Positions 51,485-64,000 of a DNA stretch of 64,000 nucleotides are shown here, piece by piece. The translations under genes were made by a program, and so were the position numbers. Origin of the DNA: Paecilomyces variotii (lineage: Eukaryota). Below the pieces are notes generated by a model. That model searched no databases, had not been told where the DNA came from, and worked only from the letters and a program-made list of their open reading frames with translations. The DNA lies in the NCBI GenBank assembly GCA_004022145.1, contig RCNU01000003.1. One strand, written 5' to 3'. Position 1 is the stretch's first letter, and each line of letters begins with the position of its first letter.

Positions 51485-53692
51485 ATCCATCTCTCTCTCC
51501 GTTCTTAAAATTCTTCCTTCTTGCTCGGCTTCAGTATCTCGATGAAAATGTGCTGTTTTCCACGATTTGAACGGCCTGTTTCCCTTACACGATTTAATGA
51601 CCAGACTGGTGGATTGGAGTTGGTTGGGGTTCCGATCATGGCACTCGGTATTTCTTAACGAGCGACGGCGTGGTACCCCGGTTGATAGACCTGCTATCTG
51701 TGGAGTTGTGGCCTACTCCTCGGAAGACGCTTGTGATACACAGATTTCCTTAATAGTTCCTATTTGCTTTTTGCTTCTTGAATTGTTTATGGGTGCTATC
51801 CACGGGATTGTCTCTCCGAGCGCCTTGCTTGATATCCATTTTTTGGGAAGGACGTTGTTTGCGTTTTCGTCTCTGCAACTGCGGCAGACTGGATTTTCTC
51901 GATCGCGGAGCCTGTTCTATGAACCGGATTCTCCAAGGGTGAGGACGATGTCCCGTGGTCGAACAAAAAGAAAAAGAAAAAAACAAGATATATTGGGAAA
52001 AGATTGGAAAAGGGAACAAAAAGAAAAGCGAAAAATATTGGATTGGTACAGTGCAGTGCAGGCCTCGTCTCATGGCTTTCTCACTCTGCACTATTGTTTG
52101 GGTTCGGTGTTCATCGTTTTCAGACGGATCTCTATCCCGGGACTTGGAAAAATAAAACTGGGGGAAATGGTGCTCTGGCGCGTGTGCTGTAGAAAGTTTT
52201 CCCGCTTGATATTTGGCTTTTGTTCTCTTTTCTTTAGCACTCATACCACATGTTTTTGTTGCACTCCACGCTAACTTGAATTATGCTTGAAAGATCTGCC
52301 CTAATGTTCATTTCCTGTTTCATATACTGTTTGAATTGTGATAATAGAACTCCTGTCTGTTGCTTGACATCTCTCCACGGTAGCCGATACTCCATCGATA
52401 ACGAGGCTACTAGTTAATATCTCCCGGCCGCAACTACGCTGGAGCTTGGTGGCAATTCGATCTGCTGTTATCCCAGCAGTCACCCGGCTACTGATGCACG
52501 ATTATCTCGACTTGGTAGTTCGCTGATCTGTCTGGTTCGTCCATCAAGTTCGATACAGAGCGTTTGTAACTTGTATTTTGGTCCTCATAGCCGGCTTGTG
52601 GCGACATTCCCCCGATACGATACTTGGGTCTCTAGTCAGCTTGCTGCGCCTTGAAGCTTGTTCCTCATCCAACGTATAGCGTTGTCCTCTGCGCCTTCTG
52701 TCCGGTGTCGCGAAAAGCGTATCAAGAGTTATCCAGACACCTTACGCGATATTAGCCTAAAAACTGAACTTGGAGAATTCATGATAGCTGAAAGAGATAA
52801 AAAAAGCTTCCTTGCGTATTCTTCGCTATTATTTTCCAGAATTATACCGACGTAGAATCTGTTTCTGCGGGGGGGTAAAAGAAACGATTCTCGATGGAAC
52901 TTTCGAGGATATTAATTAATATGTGGTCGTTCAATGAGGGATGCCAGGGATGTTGTAGATGTTTTAACTGGATCTCGTGGTTCGGGGGAAAGAGAACCGC
53001 TTAGCCTAGGAAGCTGTTTTGTGGGCAGGAAAAAAGTAATTAAAGGATCTAGAATTATTTTCAAGTCCAGGACTTGAAGAAGTGTAAGATCGCAGAAATA
53101 AAATAATAAAGGGACCTTTGGACGGGATAAGTTACGGATGGATTCACGAAGTGTCGATCGGCGAGCACTTGATGAAAACGAGTCAAAAAGGGTATCCAGC
53201 AAGCGAACTTGAAGCTCCAAGACGTAGCGAGCTGAGCAGACCGCTCCATCAAGGTCGGGGAAATAATATGGGGAGGGCAGACAGACAGACAGGGGGGAAG
53301 TCGATTGCTATTTGTCCCGCTGAGAACATTCACACAGTCTAAGAAGTGAGTTGCGCGACGTGTCCGGGAGCAGCCGACTTGGTTCTCACCCATCATCATC
53401 TTCTTCTTTTCCGAGCTGGAGATGTCCCAGAGCGCGTTGTTGCGCCTCGAATTTGCTACATCGGGCTTGTCGACCTCGAAGCGTCCGTTGCGTCATTCCG
53501 CCTCTCTGTTGCCGTTGCTCCTTTTCGCACGCGTTGCTCGTCTCACGCCACGGTCCCCGTTCTCGCGACCTTTCTCCACAACTTCACTTCCATCGACCAC
53601 CATCTCCCCATTGAAAAGGCGCGGCCGTTCTACCCACCCGCATCTCAATCTCTTCTACCTTTCGCTTCCAGACGAGCCCTTCGTCGCGCATC

Positions 53693-55797
53693 ATGGCTGA
53701 AGAGAACTCTGCCGCGTCGACCGCAGCTGAGCCCGTCGTCGGACGCGGTCCTGCCGAAGAGCCCGAGAAGAAGGAAGAGGCGACGGAAGAGCCTACTGGT
53801 GAGGCTGCCAAGGACGACGAGAAGCCAGCTGGTAAGCAGTCGATTCCTCTAGCACCCTCGTTGAAGCTTTGAGCAGACAGCTAACTCTCGTTGTCGCGTT
53901 CCCAGCCGAGGGCGAGAGCACTACAAAGGCCGAGGAGCCCAGCGCGCCCGCGGAATCGAAGGAGGAGGACGGCGATGCTGACTCCAAGGCCGCTGCTGAG
54001 CCGGAGGCCAACGGAGCTCCCGCGTCGGCGAAGAAGGCTGCGAACGGGAAGCGCAAGTCGACTGGCGGTAACCAGAAGCTCAGCAGGAAGAAGTCTCAGC
54101 ACCGCGTCACGCACCTGGACGCGAAGCCGGGAGAGTACTACCTGGCGCGTCTGAAGAGCTACCCGCCATGGCCGGCCATCATCTGCGACGAAGAGATGCT
54201 TCCTCAGACGCTGCTGAACACGCGGCCTGTGACGACCAAACAGGCAGACGGTACCTACAAGGAGCCCTACGCCGATGGCGGAAAGCGCATGCACGAGCGA
54301 ACGTTCCCCATCATGTTTTTGGAGACGAACGAATTGTGAGTTGAACTTGTCTGCTACGATGTCTACTGAGTTCTCGGTCTCTTGGAGAGCTTGGACTAAC
54401 GAGATGCTTCATTACAGCGCCTGGATTCCTAACACCGACCTGACCCCCCTTGACCCAGAGAGTTGCAAGGATGTGTCGGAGAAGGGCAAACAGAAGCAAT
54501 TGATTGCCGCGTACAAGGTGGCTGCTGAGAACCACGACCTACAATACTTCAAAGACCTTCTCGCGGATCACCAGCGCGCAATCCAGCAGGAGGCTGAAGA
54601 TCGTGAAGCGAAAGAAGCTGCCAAGGCGGCTGCTAAAGCCGAAAAGGAGCAGAAAAAGAAGAAGCGGAAGAGCGCAGAGGTGGCCGAGGAGCCTGAAGAC
54701 GTCGAAATGGCCGAGGCAGGCGAAGAAGAGGGAAAGAAAGCGACCAAGGCTACCAAGAAGCGCAAGAAGGACGCAGAGAGCGAGGCTGAGGCTGAGAAGG
54801 TGAGCGTTTCCACAGGCGCCGCGCGTGGCAGTTGTATCCGTACCGTGGTAATTGCTAACGTTGAACACCAAAACAGCCTGCAAAGACCCCCAAGACGACC
54901 ACCAAGCTCAAGCTCACCACGCCAAAGACCCCAGCAAGTGAGACGAAGAAGCCAGCTGGCAAAGCCAAGGAAGCGAAGGGCAAGGCCGCAGATACCAAGA
55001 AGGCTGCCAAGGCTGCCACCAGCGACGAGGACACCGCGGCCGAGACGCCCAAGGAGCCTGAGAAGGTGATTGATCCGGAGGAAGCTAGAAAAAAGAAGGA
55101 GAAAGAGAGTGAGTCCTGGAATTCTCTGCAAGCCTCCGTATGCAGGCAGATCTAACTTGTATTATTAGTTTTGTTCATCCGCCACAAGCTGCAGAAGGGA
55201 TTCATCTCCCGCGAATATCCTCCAAAGGAAGAAGAAATGGAAGCGATGGCGACCTTCATCACGAAGCTGGAGGGTCATGATGATCTCGAGGTGTCGATAA
55301 TCCGGTCGACCAAGATCCACAGAGTGCTTAGGATGATTGCCAAGCTGAACTCGATCCCGAAGGATGAGGAATACAACTTCCGTCGTCGCTCCATCGACCT
55401 ATTGGCCAAGTGGAAGAATCTCCTCGACAGCGATCTACCTGCAGATGAGAAGGAGAAGGAAAAGGAGTCCGAGCCGACAACCAACGGTGTACACAAAGAG
55501 ACCGAGGAAGCCTCGGAGGCCACGGAGAAGATCGAAAAGGCCGCCGACAAGGAGCCTGAGGAGAACAAGAAGGCCGAGGAAACCGCCGAGAAGGCTGAGA
55601 AGGAGGTCACTTCTGAGCTGAAGGATGAAGAGATGCCCGACGTCGAGGCTGAGGAGAAGAAACAAGACGAAGAGCCAGCCAAGGAAGCTTCTAAGGAGGA
55701 CGGAGCTGAGGAGCCGACTGAAAAGACCGATGAGAAGGCCGACGAGAAGGCCGATGACAAGGCTGCTGAGAAGCCGGCCGAGGAGACCGCAGCTTGA
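53693..55797 (+). CDS. PWWP-domain chromatin protein (Pdp3/Ioc4-like) with C-terminal TFIIS-N-like helical domain, 5 exons
   Basis: YYLARLKSYPPWPAIICDEEMLP...FPIMFLETNE|FAWIPNTDL, and LFIRHKLQKGF...DLEVSIIRSTKIHRVLRMIAKL. Introns 53832-53905, 54336-54417, 54800-54876 and 55109-55168. Confidence 0.88.
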
Positions 55798-57210
55798 GCG
55801 GATGGGCGCCATCATTCGATGGCTTTAACCGTTGCAAAAAATAATCTGCAGCAGTCTCCGAAGCCGCAGTTAAAAAAGCGTGATGGCTAACTGCATCCTC
55901 TTCACCGTGTGTCATCTCCCGTCTGTTTCACTCTTATTTTCATATTGGACTGTGCAGTTAGGCTGGGAAAGAAAGGCCTTAGTTTTGGTCTAGGACTTAT
56001 CTATGGGTGGATGGAGTGCCGCGTGCTTCTATGTGTCCGTGTCCAGAGAGACTGGCGAGAGATGCAGACTGGGGAGAGAAGGGTACGTGGAGGGAGGGGA
56101 TTAGAGAAGGCTGGACTCGAGTATCTCTATCTCTGCTGATTGAAATTTCACGGCGACTGGTTGTTTTCCAGCAAACCATATTCCCCCTGTTTTCGCGGTG
56201 CCAAATTTCCACCCCTTTTATCCTTATGTATCTGTTTTTCTCTTCTACTATCTCCTGTGTGTTTTTAGTCGTTTCTGTCCTTTTGACCGGTTGACGTCGG
56301 AGGACACTTTTCCTTTTCACGATATCGAGATCACGGATCCGTTGGTATGGTTAGTTAATTTGTGCTCGCCCTTTGCGGGCTAGCAAAGGGTAAAAAGAAT
56401 GATGCGATTTTATATTCAATTTAGGATTTAACTGAATAGTAAAACGTAATACTCTTAGTGTAGGAGCACGGCAAAGAAAGCTTAATGATGGGTCCATCTA
56501 GATATTTTCACCCCATTTCATAGCTCGTCGCTATATCATTTTATCTCCATCTAGATACTCAACTCATCTCTTCTTGACAACGTCGCTGTGGCTTTGTGTA
56601 TTTTTGCATTGGCATTATATTGGGGCTAGACTACTTATTTGGAAGCTGACATTATTCGAGACGATATCAAGAAGGACCATGCACGTGATGGCTGGTTTCA
56701 GAAAGAAGACCTGCACACGGGAACTGCTTCGAAACGACACGACGAGTGCAAGAACAGGGTTTAAATCTAGAAGTCCGTATTTCTAGGAGCTTATCACTAC
56801 TCGACGCTGTCCATGTAGGGATGATTTAGGAAACCTACATTAGCCACGAGATGCAAAGACGAGAACGACAACAAAAGGGGTAATGTCAGACGCCCCAGAA
56901 TTGCGGTCTGGGCAAGAAAAAGCAAAGAAGAAGAAACACAAATGGCAAGGATCTAATCATGAAATGTGCTAAAATGGCCTCGACCAATAAGCTGACACGT
57001 CCGGATCGAGTGTTGGCGCTACGTTCGCAGCTGTTATTCGTTGAGACCAGAAAGAGCGCATAGCGAGACAAGGCTGCGAGCTGCCAGAAAGGCAATCTCG
57101 ACATTCTAGCAGCATTATCCAACACACGGGGGAAGCCTGATGCGATATAAAAGGCACCATGGACAGCCGAACCCGAAAGGAGAAGAATCATCAAATGAAC
57201 AGGAGAGCTC

Positions 57211-59695
57211 ATGGCTCGAACCAAGGGGAACGAGGCCGAATGGCAGAAACACCATGATGAGCTCAAGTTCTTATGGCTAGAGCAGCGATGGACTGCGGAA
57301 CGCATACGAGACTATATGTCCCAGAAGCACGGTTTCCACCAAAAGTCAGTTTTGTTGCCCCCGGAAAGTTGTTCATCCCATTCTAAACTAAATTATGTTG
57401 TCTCAGCAAGTATCAGTATGGTCGGCAATTCAAACAGTGGGGGTTCAAAAAGAACTCGAGTGATGAAAGGTGGAAATTTATTGCACATCGTCGCGAGAAG
57501 CGAAAACGAGATGGGAAAGATCCCGGCCCAGTTTCGCTAGATGGCAGACTGGTCCCTGAATCGAAGGTCAGAAAGGAGACATCTCGTCATGTTACATTGA
57601 CGTCGCAGTATGTGGGGATAGAGGGTTCTGGTTTGTATTCATTGTGACTCCCTTCTTGATACTCTGGTTTATATGCTCACCCGTTATTCATTCAGATCCA
57701 AAGACGCCAGAGGGGGTCATCGTGGGTACGCCACCATCAGGAATACCTGGTGCAGTTTCCAATGATTCCTCCGATGTTATCGCGATGGACTGGCTCCGGG
57801 CTCCGAGCATGGATATATTGAACCTTGACGCGTCAACTCTGTTCCAGCCGGCCATTGGGGACAGTCACGCATTCCAGTTCGAACTTCCAGAATTAAGTTC
57901 ATCGGTGCACTGTTACCCAGGGGGTGAGGCGCCAGCTGCACCATCTTTCGATCTTGGGCATGCCACTTTGGAACATCGTTTTCCTGAACTAGCGTCTGCT
58001 GGTACGCCAACATCTGCCGATGGGGACAGCCATATTCAGCATATCTCCAGTTCTATGAGCGAAGAAATTGCCGAAGAGCCCCGCTTTACCTTAGAACGGC
58101 TTCATGGATGGTGGGAATATGAAGATTATGAGCGTGCTCTCGTAGAACAATTTTGCGGGCTATGTCTTGATCTACTTGATGCTGTACGCCTTTTCAATTT
58201 AGAGCTCAGAGCTTATGTTAATCTAGCGCAAGGGTCTGCTCGACTGACGCTTCTGCAACTTGCTGCGCTTGGTACACTCCTTCTTGACTCAAAGGCGAAT
58301 CCGGACTCTTTTACAACCAACAGTTAAGGTTCAGCTCTACAAATAGCATGCAGTGACCCCCAAAACGCCAAGATAGTCGAGCTTCCTGTAACTAGCTGCG
58401 GGCGCGGATATTGATTCTCTCCCGGGCTATCAGCCTGATAAGCGAAATCCTGATTACCTTGTGGACAGATATATGAATCCAAACCAGACGATGTCGAAGG
58501 GGTTTTGCGCTCGCACAAAACGCACACCTCTCCTACGGGCTTCGTTCCAATACGGCAGTGAAGGCCTGGTGCAATTATTGTTAAACTACGGAGCAGACGT
58601 CAATGGCAAACCTCATCCGTCTGGAGGACGCACTGCCTTGCAGGCGGCAACTGAATACGGCCGCAAGTCTGTGGTTAAGACACTATGGACGTTTGGAGCA
58701 AAAATCAAGGCCGAACGAGCCAGTAAGGATGGAATCTCGGCAGTTGAAGCTGCAGCCTCGATATCTGATCAAGAGATTCTCCAGCTTTTTCGCGACAAAG
58801 AACCTGAGATCATATCATCAGATCCCATCGCGAAAAGTCGGGTCATTATGCTAGCCTTGAAAAGCGGGAGATGCGACGTGCCTTTTCTGGAACTTTTGCT
58901 CAAAGCAGGAGCAGCTGTTGAACGTATCCCACCCTCTCCATCGGAGATATCAGTCCTTCAATCTGCAGTCCAAAATTATAGCTACAACTACAGAGCGTTT
59001 CAGTGTTTACTTTCTGCAGGCGCTACCGAATCACCGCTGGGAAACCAATCATCCTTTGTGCCTTACGGGTCACAGCATTAGGGGTCGCAGCGTTACAGCC
59101 CTTCAAACTGCGGTTTGCAAGCGGGATATTGATGTCGTCCAGTTGCTGCTCGAAAATGACGCCGATATCAATGCACCGGCGGCCAAGAATGGAAGAAGAA
59201 CCGCGTTGCAGGTGGCTGTGTCAAAGAACCATTTGGCTATGACAAAACTCTTGGTGCATCACGGCGCTACCTAATGCCAATGGCTTGCCGAGCCCACTGC
59301 GAGGCCGAACAGCTCTCCAACAGGCTGCGAGCTCAGGTTTCGCGCAGCTCACCGAATTCCTGCTCTCTCATGGTGCCGATGTCAACGCGCCAGCCGCACA
59401 TTTTGGCGGAGTCACTGCCTTGCAAGGGGCCGCGCTCCAGGGCAATGTTCGCATTATAATGGTGCTGCTTCAAGCTGGAGCAGACATCAATGGAGCGCCT
59501 GCCATCGAGCAGGAACGAAACGCCATCGAAGGCGCCGCTGAAAACGGCAGGCTCGATACTTTACATCTCCTTTTAATTTATCATCCAAACACGGAAGAGT
59601 TTGAGGTCAAGAAAAAACGAGCAGCGGAATTGGCACTGGCAAATGGCCACCTAGCCATAGGAAGATTTCTGCTGGCCTATCGTAAAAGTGGTTGA
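57211..59695 (+). pseudogene. Clr5-domain / ankyrin-repeat protein, disrupted
   Basis: N-terminal EWQKHHDELKFLW...IRDYMSQKHGF|KYQYGRQFKQWGFKKN (Clr5-like). Many ankyrin repeats (GRTALQAA, GGVTALQGAA, AIEGAAENGRLD). The repeat region is spread over different frames with stops at 58325, 59079 and 59272 that no evident intron removes. Confidence 0.75.
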
Positions 59696-61768
59696 AGGAG
59701 ATAACCGGTATTTCCCGTCATTCCAATATGTCTCTGGAGACATAGGCGACATGGAGATCTTTATTCTTGTTCTTTATATGCTTGTTTGCTAGTCCCTAAT
59801 AGTTTAAACCACGAGATGTTTCCACAATTGTTAATTTTTCACAATGGGTTGAGAGAAGAAAGGACAGTCGAAACACAGTAACCAATTTCCAAAACAACAT
59901 TCTTTTCCTCGTATCCATAAGATCCAAACGTCCCTCGTAAATCAAAACCGAACTTTCTCTGAATATATGCCTGAAGGAGTGTATCTATATCTCGGAAAAT
60001 GTTTGTAGAGATCGGAGTCTAAGGATGGAGTTAAAAAGGACGATCTTATGTTCAACACGCAAGCAGATGGAAGGAAGAATAGCAGCGCGGAAATACTTGC
60101 GGCCGGAGAACATGCTAGCGAAGGAGAGGGCCCAAACCAGCCTTCTCCTGAAGTCTGGATGTCTATACTGACGAGGAGAAACAAATTTGAACTAGCCTCG
60201 GAATTAGATAGTCTCCGTAAATACGGCCGTAGAAGTAGCCATTTTCGGCCGCCTATTAACCGTCACCTTGTGAAATGGAGGTTATTAACCTGTGCTCAGT
60301 GGATCGGGCAGCTTACTTGCTAGAGATAATTGCAGAGATCAGTTGAATAGAGACGTGCTTTGACGAGTGGCTTTCGTACCTCATCTAAGAGAGGCTTGTT
60401 GTTGATATTTAATTGATAATGTTACAGTAATGACTATCACTAGCCTCATCTCTTTTCTTTCACATATTGTTCTATATATGTAATATAATGATGGTTCCTG
60501 GATCGCAGGATACCGTACCACTAGCGTGCTTCTACAACAATAACAGTCGTAAATAGCAGGTATGTCACCTCCAAAATGGGAGACAGGGCAGTACTGCAGA
60601 TGAAGCTGCATGGAGGACGGCACGTTTCTGGTTCCATGTAATTCAGTTTTGAGATTGTCATGTGGAAAAGGAAAGAAGAAGCGGCTGGCTTGGACTTGGG
60701 GATCGGAGCCGATCTTAAGCGCAATCAAAGTAATAGTATTATTATCCCGCATCCCATGTCCGACGTCCGAACGGCCGAATCCAGTATGCCCGAGAGGTCG
60801 ACGGCGAGGAACCGATCCTTGTCCTCGGATCCTCTTCAGTGTAGATCTTTAAGCCAACGCTACTGTAACGATGTTTTCTTCTGAGTTAACTACATATATC
60901 GACGATGCTGCTGGTTCTCCGATGTGCAGGTTTCAATGACTCACCAGTTCCGTGTCTGGATCTCACTAGCGGTGCGACATTATGGTATTTCTCCAGGCTG
61001 CAGCGTTCTATGTCGTAATCACAGCTGGACGATCAGATAAGGAAACAAATAGAACAGCGGCAGGGATGCTGCAAATCAGCCTTGTCAGTTAGCGCTATGA
61101 GGAATCGGGGAAGAGGAAGAGAATATTACTGTATGAGTGTATTAATATTGCAAGTCCGATACTACTATTCTAGAGCAAAACTCGTTTGGGTTTTACTCGA
61201 CGTCAGCGGTCGAAGCTTGCCGATGCGGTGGATGGCTCAGATTCAACATGTTCTGGCCCCAAGGTTAGGGCATCCCATGGCCAACAGGCAGTTTGATTCT
61301 TTGATTCCTGCAAGTGGCGTTCGCGAAACAGATTACGAGTAGACGTTAAATGGGTTAAATGGCGGAAACTGAAGGGCACAACACCAACTTCAGAGCTCGA
61401 CGCAGAGTGATCGACCGGACGTTTGACTCAACCGACAGCGCTAGAAGCTTTTACCAGCTTCTAAAGGGATCGCTCGAAGCCGCTTCTCGAGTATTAATTA
61501 ATATTAAATACTCTCCTTCGTTACTCGTATCGCTTTCGGACCCCACTGGAACCATAATTATTATCCCCGAGTTCTTGGCTTTTTCAGCCGCCGCATTGGA
61601 CCCAGATCTCCGTCGTCAAAAAAAAACTATTAACTAGTTATATACCTTGCCGATGACACACAGGCAGAGCTGTTGATCTTCCTGACTGCTGATCCGGTGT
61701 CTGTTCTTCGATGCGGTTGGGTGAACAATGTTTCGCACGGACGCGTCGAGCTTGAATTCTGATCTGCC

Positions 61769-64000
61769 ATGGCATCCAGCACCGCGAGTTCCAGTCTGAA
61801 TTCTCCGTTAAACCAGTCTCCCCAGACTACCAACCGGGCTCCTGGAGATCGACAGTCGCAAAGTAGCTCCTTGCCTCGAATCAACAGCAATGCGGCCGGC
61901 GCATCTGCCCAGCAAGCTCATTTCCCCTCACCGACCACTGACACCCAGGCGCAGCCGTCGCCACATGGTGAGCATGCCCAGCTCAACCAGCGCAGCTGCA
62001 TCACTTGTCGTCGAAGAAAGGTACGATGCAGCAAGAGAGACCCGTGCTCGAATTGTGTGAAAGCAGGCATCGAATGTGTCTTCCCCGGACCGGGACGTGC
62101 GCCTCGAAAACCAAAGCGCCCCCAAGATGCGGAGCTGTTGGCGCGCCTGAGACGTCTAGAAGGCGTAGTGGAAAGCCTAGGAGCAAGTACCGCAGAGCAG
62201 GCCAGTGCACCGATATCCTTCAAGGATCCTCCAGTCCCGACTAGCGATGGCCAGAAAAAAGAAACTCCGTCCAGAGAAGGCAGGCTGGGGACTTGTCCAC
62301 CCTTCTTGGATAGAGATCCCAAATCTCTATTACCTCATAACACAGAACATGAGCTGGGTCGCCTCGTGATAGATGAAGGAAAGAGTCGATATGTCAGCAA
62401 TAGGTTTTGGGCCAGCCTGGGAGATGAGGTAGGTAACATGATACGTTATCTGATTGCCCTTGCTCGACCATACCTTGAGTCCAAGGGAATTTCCCTGCAA
62501 CCCGGATGTTGAGTCGCTGACCTTGTCAGATCGAGGAAATGCAGGACATACTCGACCCATCGTCCGGTGAGGAGGAAGACTATCCATCGCCGCAAGACTC
62601 TATGAATTCAGGTGCTCATGACGGCTTTCTATTCGGCTATGCCTCTCTGGCGCATACTCTTCGCAACTACTACCCGACCCCAACGCAGCTTTTTGTGCTG
62701 TGGAGATTCTATCAGGAGAATGTAGCCCCATTGATCACGATACTACATCAACCAAGCCTTCGCGCGATTGTCATCGAGGCATCGACTAACGCAGAATTAC
62801 TCGATAAGAATACGGAAGCTCTTCTCTTCTCGATCTATTTTTCAGCTGTCATCAGCATGACCCCGCAGCAGTGCAGCTCGCAGCTGGGAGAAGACCGGGA
62901 TACTCTCCTCCATCGATATCGATTTGCTGTTGAGCAGTCGTTGGCAAGGGCGGGTCTTGTGAATTCTCAGAACCTGATGCTCCTCCAAGCTGCAGTCCTC
63001 TTTTTGATCTGCGTGCGGAGGCACGACGATACGAGATTTGTCTGGACTATGACTGCAGTTGTTCTGCGGCTGGCTCAAGGGTTGGGCCTGCACCGTGATG
63101 GTACTAATTTCGGCCTGAAGCCCTTTGAGACAGAGATGCGCCGGCGACTCTGGTGGCACATCGTCCTCTTGGATGTACGCTCATCTGAGGACCATGGCAC
63201 AGATCCTCAGGTGCATGAGGCCTTCTTTGACACTCGACTTCCGTTGAATATCAATGATGACGATATTTTCCCCGACATGAAAGATCCCCCCGAAGAACGC
63301 GTTGGTGGCACCGAAATGACCTTCACTCTCGTGCGTTGTGAAGTGAACGCCACCGTTCGCCGATTGAGTTACGTACCGCCTGGCGCACGTTGTCGGGCAG
63401 GGGAACTGAGTGTCGAGCAGCGTGAGGCTCTGGTCGAGGGACTCAGCAAACGCCTTGAAGAACGCTATATTCGCCACTGCGACATGAATGTTCCTCTGTT
63501 CTGGGTATGTGCGACGATTTCAAGGCTCATTATAGCAAAGCTGTGGCTGGTTGTTTACCACCCTCTCTCCAAACACGACAATAGGCACAGCTTACCGATG
63601 GAGACCAGAGACCGTCTCTTCGTCACTTCCATCGAGGTCATCGAATTCGCTCATTTGTTGGAGAACAACGAAAATACGTCCAAGTGGAGCTGGTTATTCC
63701 GGACGTACATTCAGTGGCACGCCATTGCCTTTCTTCTGGCAGAGTTGTGCGTCCGTCCACTGTGTCCAGGCGTTGACCGGGCATGGATGGCGGTAAACTC
63801 CGTTTACAGAGAGTGGGAGGCCGAAGCTACGTTAAAGAAGGGGATGCTGTGGCGGCCCCTCTCGAGATTAATGAGACGCGCAACCGCCTTCAGGGCTCAG
63901 CAACAAGAGCAGCTTCGAGCCCAATACGGTCCCCATCCGCCCATCATCCAACCTGCCTCTACCGTCAGACAGGGTCCTGGTTTTGGTGAGCTTCCCGATA
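61769..64000 (+). CDS. Zn(II)2Cys6 transcription factor with fungal-specific TF (MHR) domain, 3'-partial; intron 62429-62529
   Basis: SCITCRRRKVRCSKRDPCSNCVKAGIECVFP, GRLVIDEGKSRYVSNRFW, LAQGLGLHRDG...FETEMRRRLWWHI. Frame is open to the window end. Confidence 0.92.

Noticed and set aside
51567-52274. 235-aa (+) and 164-aa (-) ORFs downstream of sfp1
   Set aside because: Non-ATG start, low-complexity A/T tracts and no motif. Looks like a long 3' UTR.
54539-55815. Long antisense ORFs over the PWWP gene (similar ones over dus3, mdm12 and fet3)
   Set aside because: Shadow frames produced by biased Glu/Lys/Ala codons on the sense strand.
59728-59745. Short palindrome TATGTCTC-TG-GAGACATA after the ankyrin pseudogene
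   Set aside because: An 8-bp stem can arise by chance, and there is no supporting context.

Overview
Filamentous ascomycete (Eurotiales-like) genomic DNA with spliceosomal introns. Left arm: an intronless Fet3/FetC-type multicopper ferroxidase with GATA/SreA-like sites upstream, then an intron-containing tRNA-Pro(AGG). Centre (7367-30771): a ~23.4 kb extremely AT-rich block with the transition pattern of repeat-induced point mutation (RIP). It resolves into four nested elements. A ~1.9 kb Fot1/pogo DNA transposon with 74-bp TIRs is split by two chromodomain Ty3/Gypsy insertions (A and B), and a third Gypsy (C) sits inside the RT of B. All LTR pairs and TSDs can be read directly. A 606-bp TIR-bounded non-autonomous element carrying a RIP-broken ~97-codon frame lies ~23 bp further right. 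Two microprotein genes follow (66 aa; and a 51-aa Cys/His-rich ORF absent from the ORF track). The right arm is a conserved gene block: mdm12, a BAP31/Yet3 homologue, dus3, sfp1, a PWWP protein, a disrupted Clr5-ankyrin gene, and a Zn2Cys6 transcription factor running off the window end. No database searches were run. Product calls rest on motif recognition, and 'de-RIP' translations are manual inferences.
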